Shown here: one piece after another, positions 1 to 13,364 of the stretch
Layout: each line of letters opens with the position of its first letter
Numbering within the stretch: position 1 is the stretch's first letter
Assembly: GCA_964621955.1 (NCBI GenBank)
Contig: CAZUMN010000003.1
Location: 175 to 64,174 of the forward strand
Source of the DNA: an uncultured Thermococci archaeon
Lineage (GTDB): Archaea; Methanobacteriota_B; Thermococci; Methanofastidiosales; Methanofastidiosaceae
Direction: 5' to 3'
DNA: 64,000 nt
Translations under genes and position numbers: made by a program
Notes under the pieces: model-generated
Databases searched by the model: none
The model's input: only the letters and a program-made list of their open reading frames with translations
Told to the model about the DNA's origin: nothing

Positions 1-1311
1 AACATTCTTGAAAAGAGACTCGGTAAAGAAGTCACACCAGAAACAATTAACCACTATCTTGAAGTAGTAAACCATGCAATGCCTGGTGCAGCTGTCATTC
101 AGGAACACATGGTTGAAACTGACCCAAGATTGGTAAAAGACTCATACGTAAAAGTATACTCTGGAAACGATGAATTAATTGATGAAATTGATTCAAGATT
201 CGTTATCGACATAAACAAAGAATTCCCTGCAGACCAAGCAGCCCAACTTAAGAAGGCTATTGGAAAATCAATGTGGCAGGTAGTTAGAATTCCAACAGTT
301 GTTGGAAGAGTCTGTGACGGAGGAACAGTTTCTAGATGGAGCGCAATGCAGATCGGTATGGCATTCATTGGTGCATACAACCTATGTGCCGGAGAAGCTG
401 CAACTGGAGATTTCGCATATGCTGCAAAGCACGGTTCAGTCATACAGATGTCTGACATGATGCCAGCAAGAAGAGCAAGAGGTCCAAACGAGCCTGGTGG
501 ACTTATGTACGGAATCGTAACAGACTGTGCACAGTCCATGGCCAAGTACCCAGATGACCCAGCAAGACACTCACTTGAGGCAATTGCACTTGCTGCTTTA
601 ATTTACGATCAGATATACCTCGGATCATACATGTCTGGTGGTGTCGGATTCACACAGTATGCAACAGCCGCATACACCGATAACATCCTCGAAGACTTTG
701 TATACTGGGGAATGGAGCACGTAAAGGACAAGTATGGCGATCTCGCAAAGCAGAAACCAAGTGTAAAACTCATAAACGACATCGGAACAGATGTTGCTAT
801 GTACTGTCTAGAGCAGTATGAACTTTACCCAGCAGTTATGGAAACACACTTCGGTGGATCACAGAGGGCTACATGTATCTCAGCAGCAGCCGGAACAAGT
901 GTATCCATGGCAACAGGTAACGCTCAAGCTGGTCTTTCAGCATGGTACCTTGCATGTAACATACACAAGGAACAGATGGGAAGATTCGGATTCTACGGAT
1001 ACGACCTTCAGGATCAGATTGGTGCTTCAAACACCTTCTCATACAGGTCTGATGAAGGTTTACCATTCGAGCTTAGGGGAGGTAACTACCCAAGCTACGC
1101 AATGAACGTAGGACACCAGAGCGCATACACTGGTATTGTTGCAGCAGCTCACTCCGCAAGAGGAGACGCATGGGCACTGTCACCACACATAAAGGTCGCA
1201 TTCGCCGACAGGTCACTACCTTTCGACTTCGCAAACATTACAAAGGAGTTCGGAAGAGGTGCCATGAGGGAGTTCGTCCCTGCTGGAGAAAGAGACCTTA
1301 TTATACCATAA
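1..1311 (+). CDS. mcrA: Methyl-coenzyme M reductase alpha subunit, C-terminal ~435 aa (5' partial; the frame is open from base 1)
   Basis: The translation from base 1 ([39 protein letters not shown]...) is continuous with the 79..1311 ORF. It carries hallmark McrA segments ([25 protein letters not shown]; [11 protein letters not shown]). It is the last gene of an mcr operon. Confidence 0.93.
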   Translation, partial: NILEKRLGKEVTPETINHYLEVVNHAMPGAAVIQEHMVETDPRLVKDSYVKVYSGNDELIDEIDSRFVIDINKEFPADQAAQLKKAIGKSMWQVVRIPTVVGRVCDGGTVSRWSAMQIGMAFIGAYNLCAGEAATGDFAYAAKHGSVIQMSDMMPARRARGPNEPGGLMYGIVTDCAQSMAKYPDDPARHSLEAIALAALIYDQIYLGSYMSGGVGFTQYATAAYTDNILEDFVYWGMEHVKDKYGDLAKQKPSVKLINDIGTDVAMYCLEQYELYPAVMETHFGGSQRATCISAAAGTSVSMATGNAQAGLSAWYLACNIHKEQMGRFGFYGYDLQDQIGASNTFSYRSDEGLPFELRGGNYPSYAMNVGHQSAYTGIVAAAHSARGDAWALSPHIKVAFADRSLPFDFANITKEFGRGAMREFVPAGERDLIIP

Positions 1312-1372
1312 ATTAAAAATTTATTTTTTCTTTTCTTATTTTTTTAATTTATTTTCTGTGTGCCTTGGCACC
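1312..1372 (+). terminator. Oligo-T tract plus a short GC palindrome (gtgccttggcac) downstream of mcrA; candidate archaeal terminator
   Basis: Several T5-T8 runs lie directly after the mcrA stop, and a GTGCC..GGCAC inverted repeat sits at 1360-1371. Confidence 0.3.
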
Positions 1373-1504
1373 GTGTACTACTAGTTCCATCAATTCTTAA
1401 GATATCTTTTGACAAATGATGAGATTTTCTTCATCAAGAAAAAGAGTTATAAGGCCTTAAAATGAAGATTGTTGAAATTTACAAAGCGGTCTAGAGGAGA
1501 ACCA

Positions 1505-2656
1505 ATGAAAAATGAAAAAGAAAATAAAAAAGAGCTACATGTTTTCTCATTAGCTTCTTTCTTAAACGATTTGGGCTCTGACATGATTTACCCAATATGG
1601 CCTTTGTTTGTCACTGTTTTCTTAGGTGCTGATGTTGTAGTATTAGGGCTAATAGACGGCATAGGAGATGCTTTAGTTTCAATCTCTAGCGCATTTTCTG
1701 GTTTTCTATCGGACAAATTTAGAAAAAGAAAAATATTTGTCTGGACGGGATACATATCTTCAGGGGTGGCTAGATTTGGTTACGCAATTTCTCCAACTTG
1801 GTTATACCTTATCCCGTTCAAAGCTTTGGATCGGGCTGGTAAAATTAGAAGTGCACCTAGGGATGCAATGATTGCAGAACTTTCCTCAAATGACAACAGG
1901 GGCGCAAACTTTGGATTTCTCCGAGCAATGGATAACTTTGGTGCAATTGTCGGAATTACTTTATCTATATTATTATTAAAATATCTTGGATTTAGGAATC
2001 TTATTCTTTTGGCGTCAATTCCTTCATTTTTTTCTGTTATAATAATCTATCTTTTTATAAAAGAGAAAAAATTTGAAGTTCAGAAAAGGGCCTTTTCAAT
2101 AAATATCTTTGATAAAAACTTTAGATTTTTCGTATTTGTAAATGGATTATTCTCATTAGGAGCTTTCAGCTACTCTTTCTTTTTATTATATGTCAAAGAC
2201 ATTGGATTTTCAATATATACAGTTCCGATATTCTATTTGATTTTCACAGTATCAAGCACAATTTCTTCATATCCATTTGGGAGAATGGCAGATAAAATTG
2301 GGAGGAAAAAAGTATTGATGATTTCTTATTTATCTTTTGCAATTGTCTGCGGTAGTCTGATCTTTACAAGGAATTTTATAGGGATTGTGTTGATATTCTG
2401 TATTTATGGCCTCTACAAATCAGCTATCGAGGTATCACAAAAAACATTAGCCTCTGAAATATGCCCTTTGGACTATCGGGCCACTTCTTTGGGGTCTTTT
2501 CAACTTATTACCGGACTAATGGCTTTCCCAGCTTCTTTTATTGCAGGTATTTTGTGGAAAGTTTTGGGGATGAATTATCCTCTATATTTCTCATTAGTTT
2601 TATCCTTGATTTCTTTTCTATTAATTAATCTTGTAAAAGAACAAAAGATATGTTAA
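1505..2656 (+). CDS. MFS-family transporter (about 12 TM)
   Basis: Hydrophobic MFS-like profile. GGAGA lies 5 nt upstream of the ATG at 1505 (MKNEKEN...). The longer ORF start at 1469 is less likely. Confidence 0.75.
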   Translation: MKNEKENKKELHVFSLASFLNDLGSDMIYPIWPLFVTVFLGADVVVLGLIDGIGDALVSISSAFSGFLSDKFRKRKIFVWTGYISSGVARFGYAISPTWLYLIPFKALDRAGKIRSAPRDAMIAELSSNDNRGANFGFLRAMDNFGAIVGITLSILLLKYLGFRNLILLASIPSFFSVIIIYLFIKEKKFEVQKRAFSINIFDKNFRFFVFVNGLFSLGAFSYSFFLLYVKDIGFSIYTVPIFYLIFTVSSTISSYPFGRMADKIGRKKVLMISYLSFAIVCGSLIFTRNFIGIVLIFCIYGLYKSAIEVSQKTLASEICPLDYRATSLGSFQLITGLMAFPASFIAGILWKVLGMNYPLYFSLVLSLISFLLINLVKEQKIC

Positions 2657-2706
2657 TTAGAAACGTTTATAAACCACGTTTAGCCCTTCTTTTTGGTGAG
2701 CATTTA

Positions 2707-3027
2707 ATGGAATTTTGTCCAAATTGCGGTACTCTTTTACGCGTTAATAAAAAAGAGGGCAAGTCTCTATACGCTTGTAGATGTGGCTATGAGAAAGACA
2801 TAGATGAAAAAAGTAGGTTTGAACATACTGAAAAAAATAATTCTGATGATGAAGTTGTTATTATAGAAAATAATAACATGGCAATGCCAAAAGTTAAGGA
2901 AGAATGTAAAAAATGCCACAACAGAGAAGCTTACTGGTGGATGCTACAAACTAGAAGTGGAGATGAACCGGCAACAAAATTTTATAGATGCACAAAGTGC
3001 AATTATACTTGGAGAGAATACGATTAA
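2707..3027 (+). CDS. tfs: Transcription factor S / RNAP subunit M-like transcript cleavage factor
   Basis: N-terminal zinc ribbon CPNCG...CRCGY. C-terminal zinc ribbon CKKCHNREAYWWMLQTRSGDEPATKFYRCTKCNYTW with the acidic DE hairpin. Typical 107-aa size from the MEFCPNCG start. Confidence 0.85.
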   Translation: MEFCPNCGTLLRVNKKEGKSLYACRCGYEKDIDEKSRFEHTEKNNSDDEVVIIENNNMAMPKVKEECKKCHNREAYWWMLQTRSGDEPATKFYRCTKCNYTWREYD

Positions 3028-3076
3028 AAAATAGTATAGAGGACTAACTTAAGAGCCTCTATTAAACTTTTGTTAT

Positions 3077-3598
3077 TTAATTTTCTGATTTACTCTTTTC
3101 TTTCTTTGGTGCGCTTTTTTTTGCAGGTGCCTTCTTTGCTTTCTCAGGCTTTACTTCTTTAGCTTCAGTTTTCTTTTTCTCTGTAGTCTCTTTCTTTGGT
3201 GCGCTCTTTTTTGCAGGTGCCTTCTTTGCTTTCTCAGCCTTTACTTCTTTAGCTTCCTGCTTAATTTCTTTAATAACTTCTTCTTTTTTGGGTGCAACTT
3301 TTTTTGGAGCAGTTTTCTTTTTTACCTTTTCAGGCTTTACTTTTTCTTTAACTTCCCCAGTCAGTTTTTCTGCATCGACTTTTCTCTGTTTTTTGGCTTC
3401 AACATTTTTATTGAGTAAATCTTTTAGGAGAGCTACATTATTTTCACGGACAGTGCCTCTTCTAAAATCTAAAATTATACCAAGGGAATTTGCACGATTA
3501 ACATTAATATTTGCTTCCCTCAATTCTCCTAACGAGAACCCTCTGCTGTTTTTTTCTTTTGTAATATTTTTACTATGAGTCATTACCTTTGGATTCAC
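3077..3598 (-). CDS. Ribosomal protein L13e-like N-terminal domain fused to a lysine/alanine/proline-rich histone-H1-like tail
   Basis: The N-terminus SRGFSLGELREANINVNRANSLGIILDFRRGTVRENNVALLKDL resembles L13e (GRGFSLxEL ... RR ... NV motifs). The C-terminal ~95 aa is KAKKAPAKKSAPKKE-type repeats. Confidence 0.5.
   Translation of the reverse strand: MNPKVMTHSKNITKEKNSRGFSLGELREANINVNRANSLGIILDFRRGTVRENNVALLKDLLNKNVEAKKQRKVDAEKLTGEVKEKVKPEKVKKKTAPKKVAPKKEEVIKEIKQEAKEVKAEKAKKAPAKKSAPKKETTEKKKTEAKEVKPEKAKKAPAKKSAPKKEKSKSEN
3101..3266. repeat. Two near-identical ~76-nt copies spaced 90 nt apart (30-aa period) inside the lysine-rich tail coding region
   Basis: tttctttggtgcgctttttttgcaggtgccttctttgctttctcaggctttacttctttagcttc at 3101-3176 recurs at 3191-3266 with 2 mismatches. 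Confidence 0.8.
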
Positions 3599-3704
3599 GA
3601 AATCACCTTTACAAATTTAACTAGAAATATCTTAAAAGAGTTTCTGTGAACGAAGATGGAAAGGCTTAAATATGCATTTCATATTGATGGATTTGCATTA
3701 TTAT

Positions 3705-3779
3705 GCCCGAGTGGTGTAGCCCGGCCCATCATCCAAGACTGTCACTCTTGTGACTCGGGTTCAAATCCCGACTCGGGCG
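3705..3779 (+). tRNA. tRNA-Asp (anticodon GTC); CCA is encoded immediately 3'
   Basis: Acceptor stem GCCCGAG/CTCGGGC. Anticodon stem CAAGA/TCTTG with loop CTGTCAC. T arm TCGGG-TTCAAAT-CCCGA. Discriminator G followed by CCA. Confidence 0.85.
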
Positions 3780-3961
3780 CCATAATGATTATAATTATAG
3801 GATAAAGGCAAATTAGCCATTAATATGAAAATAAGGTGATAAAATTCTTGTAAGCGTCTTCAGGAAGTCACCGAAAAGCTTAAATAGCACTCCATTTTCA
3901 ATTCCAAAAACTGAAATCTGCACCCTGAAGAGGCTTTTTGTAAAAAAAACTCCTTTTATAC

Positions 3962-4036
3962 GGGCTCGTAGCTCAGTCTGGCTAGAGCACCGGCCTTTTA
4001 AGCCGGGAGTCGGGGGTTCAAATCCCCTCGAGCCCG
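3962..4036 (+). tRNA. tRNA-Lys (anticodon TTT)
   Basis: Acceptor stem GGGCTCG/CGAGCCC. D arm AGCTCAGTCTGGCTAGAGC. Anticodon stem CCGGC/GCCGG with loop CTTTTAA. T loop GTTCAAATC. Confidence 0.9.
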
Positions 4037-4058
4037 TCACATCCAAGGAGAGGTAATA

Positions 4059-4370
4059 ATGACGAAAAAAAAGATTAATATATTGGATAATGAATTTGTT
4101 CCTGAACATACTATTCTTACAGAAGAAGAATCTAACGAGATTCTGCAGAGATTTAATGTAACACATGACAAACTTCCCCTAATCTTAGATACTGATCCTG
4201 TTGTAAAGATTATTGGGGCTAAATCTGGAGATGTAATAAAAATTGTGAGGGCCGACTCTCCTGCAGGAAAGAGCGTTTTCTACAGATATGTCATTGGCGA
4301 AGATATAAAGCAAGGATTGGAAGAAGATTTAGTTGATGAAATAATCGAAGAGGAGCCCGGGGAGGAATAG
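4059..4370 (+). CDS. rpoH: DNA-directed RNA polymerase subunit H (Rpb5-like) with an acidic C-terminal extension
   Basis: LPLILDTDPVVKIIGAKSGDVIKIVRADSPAGKSVFYRYVI is a canonical RpoH core. GGAGAGG RBS lies before the ATG. Confidence 0.9.
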   Translation: MTKKKINILDNEFVPEHTILTEEESNEILQRFNVTHDKLPLILDTDPVVKIIGAKSGDVIKIVRADSPAGKSVFYRYVIGEDIKQGLEEDLVDEIIEEEPGEE

Positions 4371-4382
4371 AGGTGATATTAG

Positions 4383-7300
4383 TTGGATAGATGGGTAGTT
4401 ATTGAATCATTTTTTAATGAAAAAGGTTTCGTAAGGCAGCATCTTGATTCTTTTAATGATTTTGTCGGAAGAAGACTTCAGGAAGTTATTAATGAACAAG
4501 CTAAGATTGATACCGATATTGAAGGTTTTCATGTTAAATTTGGTAAGATAAGGGCGGGAGAGCCAATATACAAGGAAGCAGATGGTTCAAAGAGAGATTT
4601 TTTCCCGCAAGAAGCAAGGCTTAGGAGTCTTTCCTATGTTGTTCCTCTTTATCTAGAGTTTATACCTGTTATAGATGAAAAGGAAAGAGAGCCAGTAGAG
4701 GTAGAGATTGGTAAACTTCCTATCATGTTAAAGTCACAAGCGTGTAGTCTCAATGGATTGGGGAGAGATGACCTGATTTTGAAAGGAGAAGACGCAAGGG
4801 ACCCCGGTGGGTATTTCATAATTAATGGTGCAGAAAGAGTTGTAGTTGCTATAGAAGATTTGGCACCAAACAGGATATTAGTTGAAATTGACGAAAGATT
4901 GTCAGTTGCTATCGCAAAAGTATTTTCAACAAGAAGTGGATTTAGGGCATTAGTCACAGTAGAGAGAAAAAAAGATGGACTTCTTAGAGTTTCATTCCCA
5001 TCTCTTCCTGGAAAGATGCCATTTGTAACTTTGATGAAATCATTAGGTCTTGAGAAGGATATTGATATAGTCAATTCAGTGTCTTCTGAAAAAGATATCC
5101 AGAAGGAACTTTTGGATAACTTGGAAGAATCAATGGACATAACAGACAAGGAACTTGCACTAGATTATCTTGGTAAGAGACTAGCCATGGGTCAGCAGAA
5201 AGAGTACAGATTAAAACGGGCTGAAATGGCTCTCGATAAATATCTTTTGCCACACATTGGTACAGAAGAGGCAGACAGATTAAGAAAAGCCTATTACCTT
5301 GGTATAATGGCAAACAGGGTCATTGAACTTTCACTTGGTAAGAGAGAGTCAGATGACAAGGATCATTATGCGAACAAGAGATTAAAATTAGCAGGAGATC
5401 TTTTAGAAAATTTATTCAGATTATCATTCGTTCAACTTACAAGGGATATAAAATATCAGCTTGAAAGGACATATGCAAGAGGCAGATTTGAAGAAGGAAA
5501 CGAAGGTGACTTTGTAAAGAAGTCTGTTAGGGCAGACGTTTTGACAGAAAGAATCAGATATGCAATGGCAACTGGAACTTGGCCTGGTGGCAGAATGGGT
5601 ATCAGTCAGCTTATGGATGATACTAACTTCATGTCAAGATTCTCGCACCTTAGAAGAGTTCTTTCTCCACTTTCAAGAACACAACCCCACTTTGAAGCTA
5701 GGGATCTTCATCCAACTCACTGGGGAAGAATATGCCCAAGTGAAACACCAGAAGGACCAAACTGCGGTCTTGTAAAAAACATGGCTTTGATGTCTTACAT
5801 ATCCATTGGGTCGAATGAACTCGATATCCAGAATTATCTATTTTCTTTGGGCTTGGAGCAGATTACAGATGTAGCCGGCCTTAAAGTAATGACTTACATT
5901 TACTTAAATGGTAATCTAATTGGATTTGTAAAAGACGGAAAAACATTCACTGATACTGTAAGAAATGACAGAAGAAAAGGAAAGATAGACAATGAAGCAA
6001 ACATTGTTTACTACCAAATGACAAATGAGATTCACATTAACTGTGACCCAGGAAGAGTCCGAAGGCCACTTATCATTGTAGAAAATGGTAAGCCTCTTTT
6101 AACTGAAGAGCATGTAAAAGCAATTGAAAGAAGGTCCAAAAGCTGGTCAGATCTAATAGCCGAGGGAATTATTGAGTATTTGGATGCTGAAGAGGAAGAA
6201 AACACCCTTATCGCGCTCACAGAAGACGATTTGACCCCCGAATACACTCATCTTGAAATTTATTCTCCATCAATTCTTGGAGTCTGTGCATCAATAGTTC
6301 CATTTGCAGAACACAACGCCGCACCAAGAAACTCTTACGGAGCAGGAATGGGAAAACAGAGTCTTGGATTTTCACAATCTAATTTCAAACTTAAAGTTGA
6401 AACAAGGGGTCATTTGATGTACTATCCTCAGATGCCTATCGTTAAAACAAAAGTTATGGACGCAGTAGGATTTAACAACAGGCCTGCAGGTCAAAACTTT
6501 GTAGTTGCGGTACTTTCTTATCTAGGATATAATATAGAAGATGCACTTATTATTAACAAGAGTTCAGTAGACAGAGGTCTTGGAAGAACTACTTTCTTTA
6601 GGACATATGACTCAGACGAGAGAAGATACCCCGGTGGCCAACAGGATAAGTTTGAGATGCCGGATGAGTCCGTAAGCGGATACAGAGGGCCTGACGCTTA
6701 TGAAAATCTTGATATTGATGGATTCATAAGGCCTGAGTCTAGAGTAAAGGGTGGAGACGTTTTGATTGGAAGAACAAGTCCACCAAGGTTCTTAGAAGAA
6801 CTTGATGAGTTTGGAACAGCTATTGAAGGTAGAAGAGAGACTTCAATTGGGGTAAGGCCTTCAGAAAAAGGAATCATCGATTTAGTGTTATTGAGTGAAA
6901 CTGAAGATGGAAACAAACTTGTTAAGATAAAAGCCAGAGACGAGAGAATACCTGAGCTCGGGGACAAATTTGCATCAAGACACGGCCAGAAGGGAGTTTT
7001 AGGATTCCTATGTCCGCAAAAAGATATGCCATTTACAGAGCATGGAATAACACCTGATCTTATAATTAATCCGCATGCTATACCTTCAAGAAAGACAGTA
7101 GGCCAAATACTGGAAATGATTGGGGGCAAAGCAGGCTCACTAAAGGCAAAAACCGTAGACGCTACATTATTTGCCGGAGAAAAAGAATCAGACATAAGAC
7201 AAACCCTTCAGAGTTTTGGATTCAAGAATACTGGTAGAGAGAGACTATACAATGGAATCACTGGAGAGGTAATCGAAGCCGACATATTTGTTGGAGTTTG

Positions 7301-7693
7301 TTACTATCAGAAACTGCATCACATGGTCGCCGATAAAATCCATGCAAGATCTCGTGGTCCAAGACAGATGCTCACAAGACAGCCAACCGAAGGTAAGGCC
7401 AGAGAAGGAGGTCTTAGATTTGGTGAGATGGAGAGAGACTGTTTAGTTGGGCACGGAACAAGCTTATTATTGAAAGAAAGATTACTTGACGCTTCTGACA
7501 AAGCTGATATACTTGTATGTGGAAAATGTGGCTCGCTTGCTGTTTATGATAAACTCAGAAACAGAGAGTATTGCCCAATTTGCGAAGAAGAAACAGATAT
7601 TTATCCTGTCGAAATGTCTTATGCTTTCAAACTTTTGCTAGAGGAGTTAAAATCGATGTGTTTAGATCCCAAATTAAAACTTAGGGATAGGGC

Positions 7694-7697
<4 letters not shown>
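4383..7697 (+). CDS. rpoB: DNA-directed RNA polymerase subunit B, unsplit (1104 aa), TTG start
   Basis: Full-length B subunit in one ORF, including the C-terminal zinc motif [11 protein letters not shown]...CPIC. The start is TTG at 4383, preceded by GAGGTGA and an in-frame TAG. Confidence 0.95.
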
Positions 7698-11516
<3,819 letters not shown>

Positions 11517-11527
11517 GAGGTTATTCA

Positions 11528-11836
11528 ATGGACGTAAATAGAGAAATAAAAAGAACAGTAGACACCGGAAAGGTAATACTTGGAACCAACAAATCCATTA
11601 ATTCTCTTAAGACGGACAATGCTAAGATGATTATCTATACTCAGCACTGTCCTAATAGTATAAAAGAGGATATTTTATATTACTCAAAGATATCAAGCAT
11701 ACCAATCTTAGAGTTTGGTGGTACATCGCTGGAGCTTGGTACCGTTTGTGGTAAACCATTTCTAGTTTCAGTAATGGCAGTTATGTCTCCAGGAGAGTCC
11801 AATATACTTTCTGGAGGTAAGGTTTATGGGAATTAA
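11528..11836 (+). CDS. rpl30e: Ribosomal protein L30e
   Basis: L30e family sequence in the canonical position after rpoA''. Confidence 0.9.
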   Translation: MDVNREIKRTVDTGKVILGTNKSINSLKTDNAKMIIYTQHCPNSIKEDILYYSKISSIPILEFGGTSLELGTVCGKPFLVSVMAVMSPGESNILSGGKVYGN

Positions 11837-12257
11837 AATTTCAACTGATGAGATAAAGTATATTGGGCTTTTTGAAAGCATGACCGGTGCAACTGTTAAA
11901 GATTGTATTTTTGAAGACAATAAGAATAAGATTGTTTATGTTGTTAAAGAAGGCGATATGGGCCTTGCCATTGGGAAAAATGGTGCGAATGCACAGAGAG
12001 TAAAAGAAACTCTGAATAAGCCAATAGATATAATTGAATATTCAGATGATCCTGTTAAGTTTATTAAGAATATTATTTGGCCTGTTAAAGTTAAAAGTAT
12101 TCATGTTTCCGAGAGAAAAGATGGCAAGAAGATAGCTGTTCTTGATATTAATAAGAAAGATAAAGGTCTTGTAATAGGAAAAGAAGGAAAAAATATAGAT
12201 CGAATCAAAAACCTATTAAAGAGACATCATAATCTTGACGATATAATGATCATGTAG
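11826..12257 (+). CDS. nusA: Archaeal NusA homolog (two KH domains)
   Basis: KH motif [14 protein letters not shown] and a second [14 protein letters not shown]. Canonical position. Confidence 0.85.
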   Translation: MGIKISTDEIKYIGLFESMTGATVKDCIFEDNKNKIVYVVKEGDMGLAIGKNGANAQRVKETLNKPIDIIEYSDDPVKFIKNIIWPVKVKSIHVSERKDGKKIAVLDINKKDKGLVIGKEGKNIDRIKNLLKRHHNLDDIMIM

Positions 12258-12268
12258 AGGTTGTAAAT

Positions 12269-12703
12269 ATGAGTAAACCACATGGCAGAAACGCTGCGAG
12301 AAAAATCGAGGGAATAAGAAAAAGATTTAGATGGAAAGATAAAGGTTACAAGGTTCAAGCGCTAGACCTTAAAGTTAAATCAGATCCTTTAGAGGGTAGT
12401 CCTCAGGCTAGAGGGATTGTACTTGAGAAAGTACCTATTGAGGCAAAACAGCCCAACTCTGCTCTTAGAAAATGCATTAGAGTTCAGCTTATTAAAAACG
12501 GTAGGCAGATAACTGCATTTTGCCCGGGAGACGGCGCTATAAACTTCATTGACGAACACGATGAGGTCGTAATTGAAGGAATTGGCGGCAGGCAGGGCGG
12601 ATCAATGGGAGATATCCCTGGAGTCAGATTTAAAGTAATTAAAGTAAACAGAGTTTCATTAAATGAGATGGTTAAAGGAAGGAAAGAGAAACCGGTAAGG
12701 TAG
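12269..12703 (+). CDS. rps12: Ribosomal protein S12 (uS12)
   Basis: [29 protein letters not shown] conserved S12 core. Confidence 0.95.
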   Translation: MSKPHGRNAARKIEGIRKRFRWKDKGYKVQALDLKVKSDPLEGSPQARGIVLEKVPIEAKQPNSALRKCIRVQLIKNGRQITAFCPGDGAINFIDEHDEVVIEGIGGRQGGSMGDIPGVRFKVIKVNRVSLNEMVKGRKEKPVR

Positions 12704-12708
12704 ATATT

Positions 12709-13344
12709 ATGGATATTAAAGATAGATTTTACATTCCCGATAACCTCAAAGTCTTTGGCAAATGGGATACAGATATCGCCGTTGAAGATTTGGGAATAAA
12801 GAGTTATGTTAATCTTACCCCCACTGTAGTTCTTCATACCGCAGGAAGGCACCAAAAGAGAAGATTCTGGAAAAATAAAATGAATATTATCGAAAGACTC
12901 TCAAACAAAATGATGAGATCAGGGTCTGCTGGGAAAAAGACGGGTGGAAGATTCTTGAGAAGACATGGTGGCTACACAGGTAAGAAACAGGCCACTTATA
13001 AAACATTAAAACTTGCTTTTGAAGATATTAATAAAAAAACAAAACAGAATCCTTTGGAAGTACTAGTTAAAGCATTGGAATATGCGGGGCCAAGAGAGGA
13101 AGTAACAACACTTTCCTACGGAGGAATTAAGTACCACCTTTCAGTAGATACAGGGTCTCAAAGAAGACTTGATATGGCACTTAAGAATATTGCACTCGGT
13201 GCAAGCCTTAAAACTTTTAAAACAAAGAAAAAGTTCCATGAAACATTGGCTGAAGAGATTATTCTTGCTTCAAAAGGAGAAATGGCAAGCTTTTCTGTTA
13301 ACAAGAAGGAAGAAATAGAGAGGATAGCAAAATCGGCCAGATAA
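12709..13344 (+). CDS. rps7: Ribosomal protein S7 (uS7)
   Basis: S7 family sequence in the canonical S12-S7-EF2 order. Confidence 0.93.
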   Translation: MDIKDRFYIPDNLKVFGKWDTDIAVEDLGIKSYVNLTPTVVLHTAGRHQKRRFWKNKMNIIERLSNKMMRSGSAGKKTGGRFLRRHGGYTGKKQATYKTLKLAFEDINKKTKQNPLEVLVKALEYAGPREEVTTLSYGGIKYHLSVDTGSQRRLDMALKNIALGASLKTFKTKKKFHETLAEEIILASKGEMASFSVNKKEEIERIAKSAR

Positions 13345-13364
13345 TTCGATTGTGGTGATTCATT

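Noticed and set aside
99-1105. Antisense and alternative-frame ORFs inside mcrA (99..545 -, 818..1105 +, 869..1066 -)
   Set aside because: They are embedded in a highly conserved coding region whose sense frame is unambiguous, and their translations are low-complexity with no motifs.
3288-3578. 96-aa ORF antisense to the L13e-like gene
   Set aside because: It is the mirror image of the lysine-codon repeat (poly-Phe/Leu/Ser) with no start context. The sense strand has the recognisable L13e-like N-domain.
3705-4036. Possible introns in the tRNA-Asp and tRNA-Lys genes
   Set aside because: Both fold into standard 75-nt cloverleaves with 7-nt anticodon loops; no bulge-helix-bulge insert is required.
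3813-4166. 117-aa minus-strand ORF spanning the tRNA spacer and the tRNA-Lys gene
   Set aside because: It overlaps a well-formed tRNA and the rpoH start. The translation has no motif, and it probably arises by chance in AT-rich DNA.
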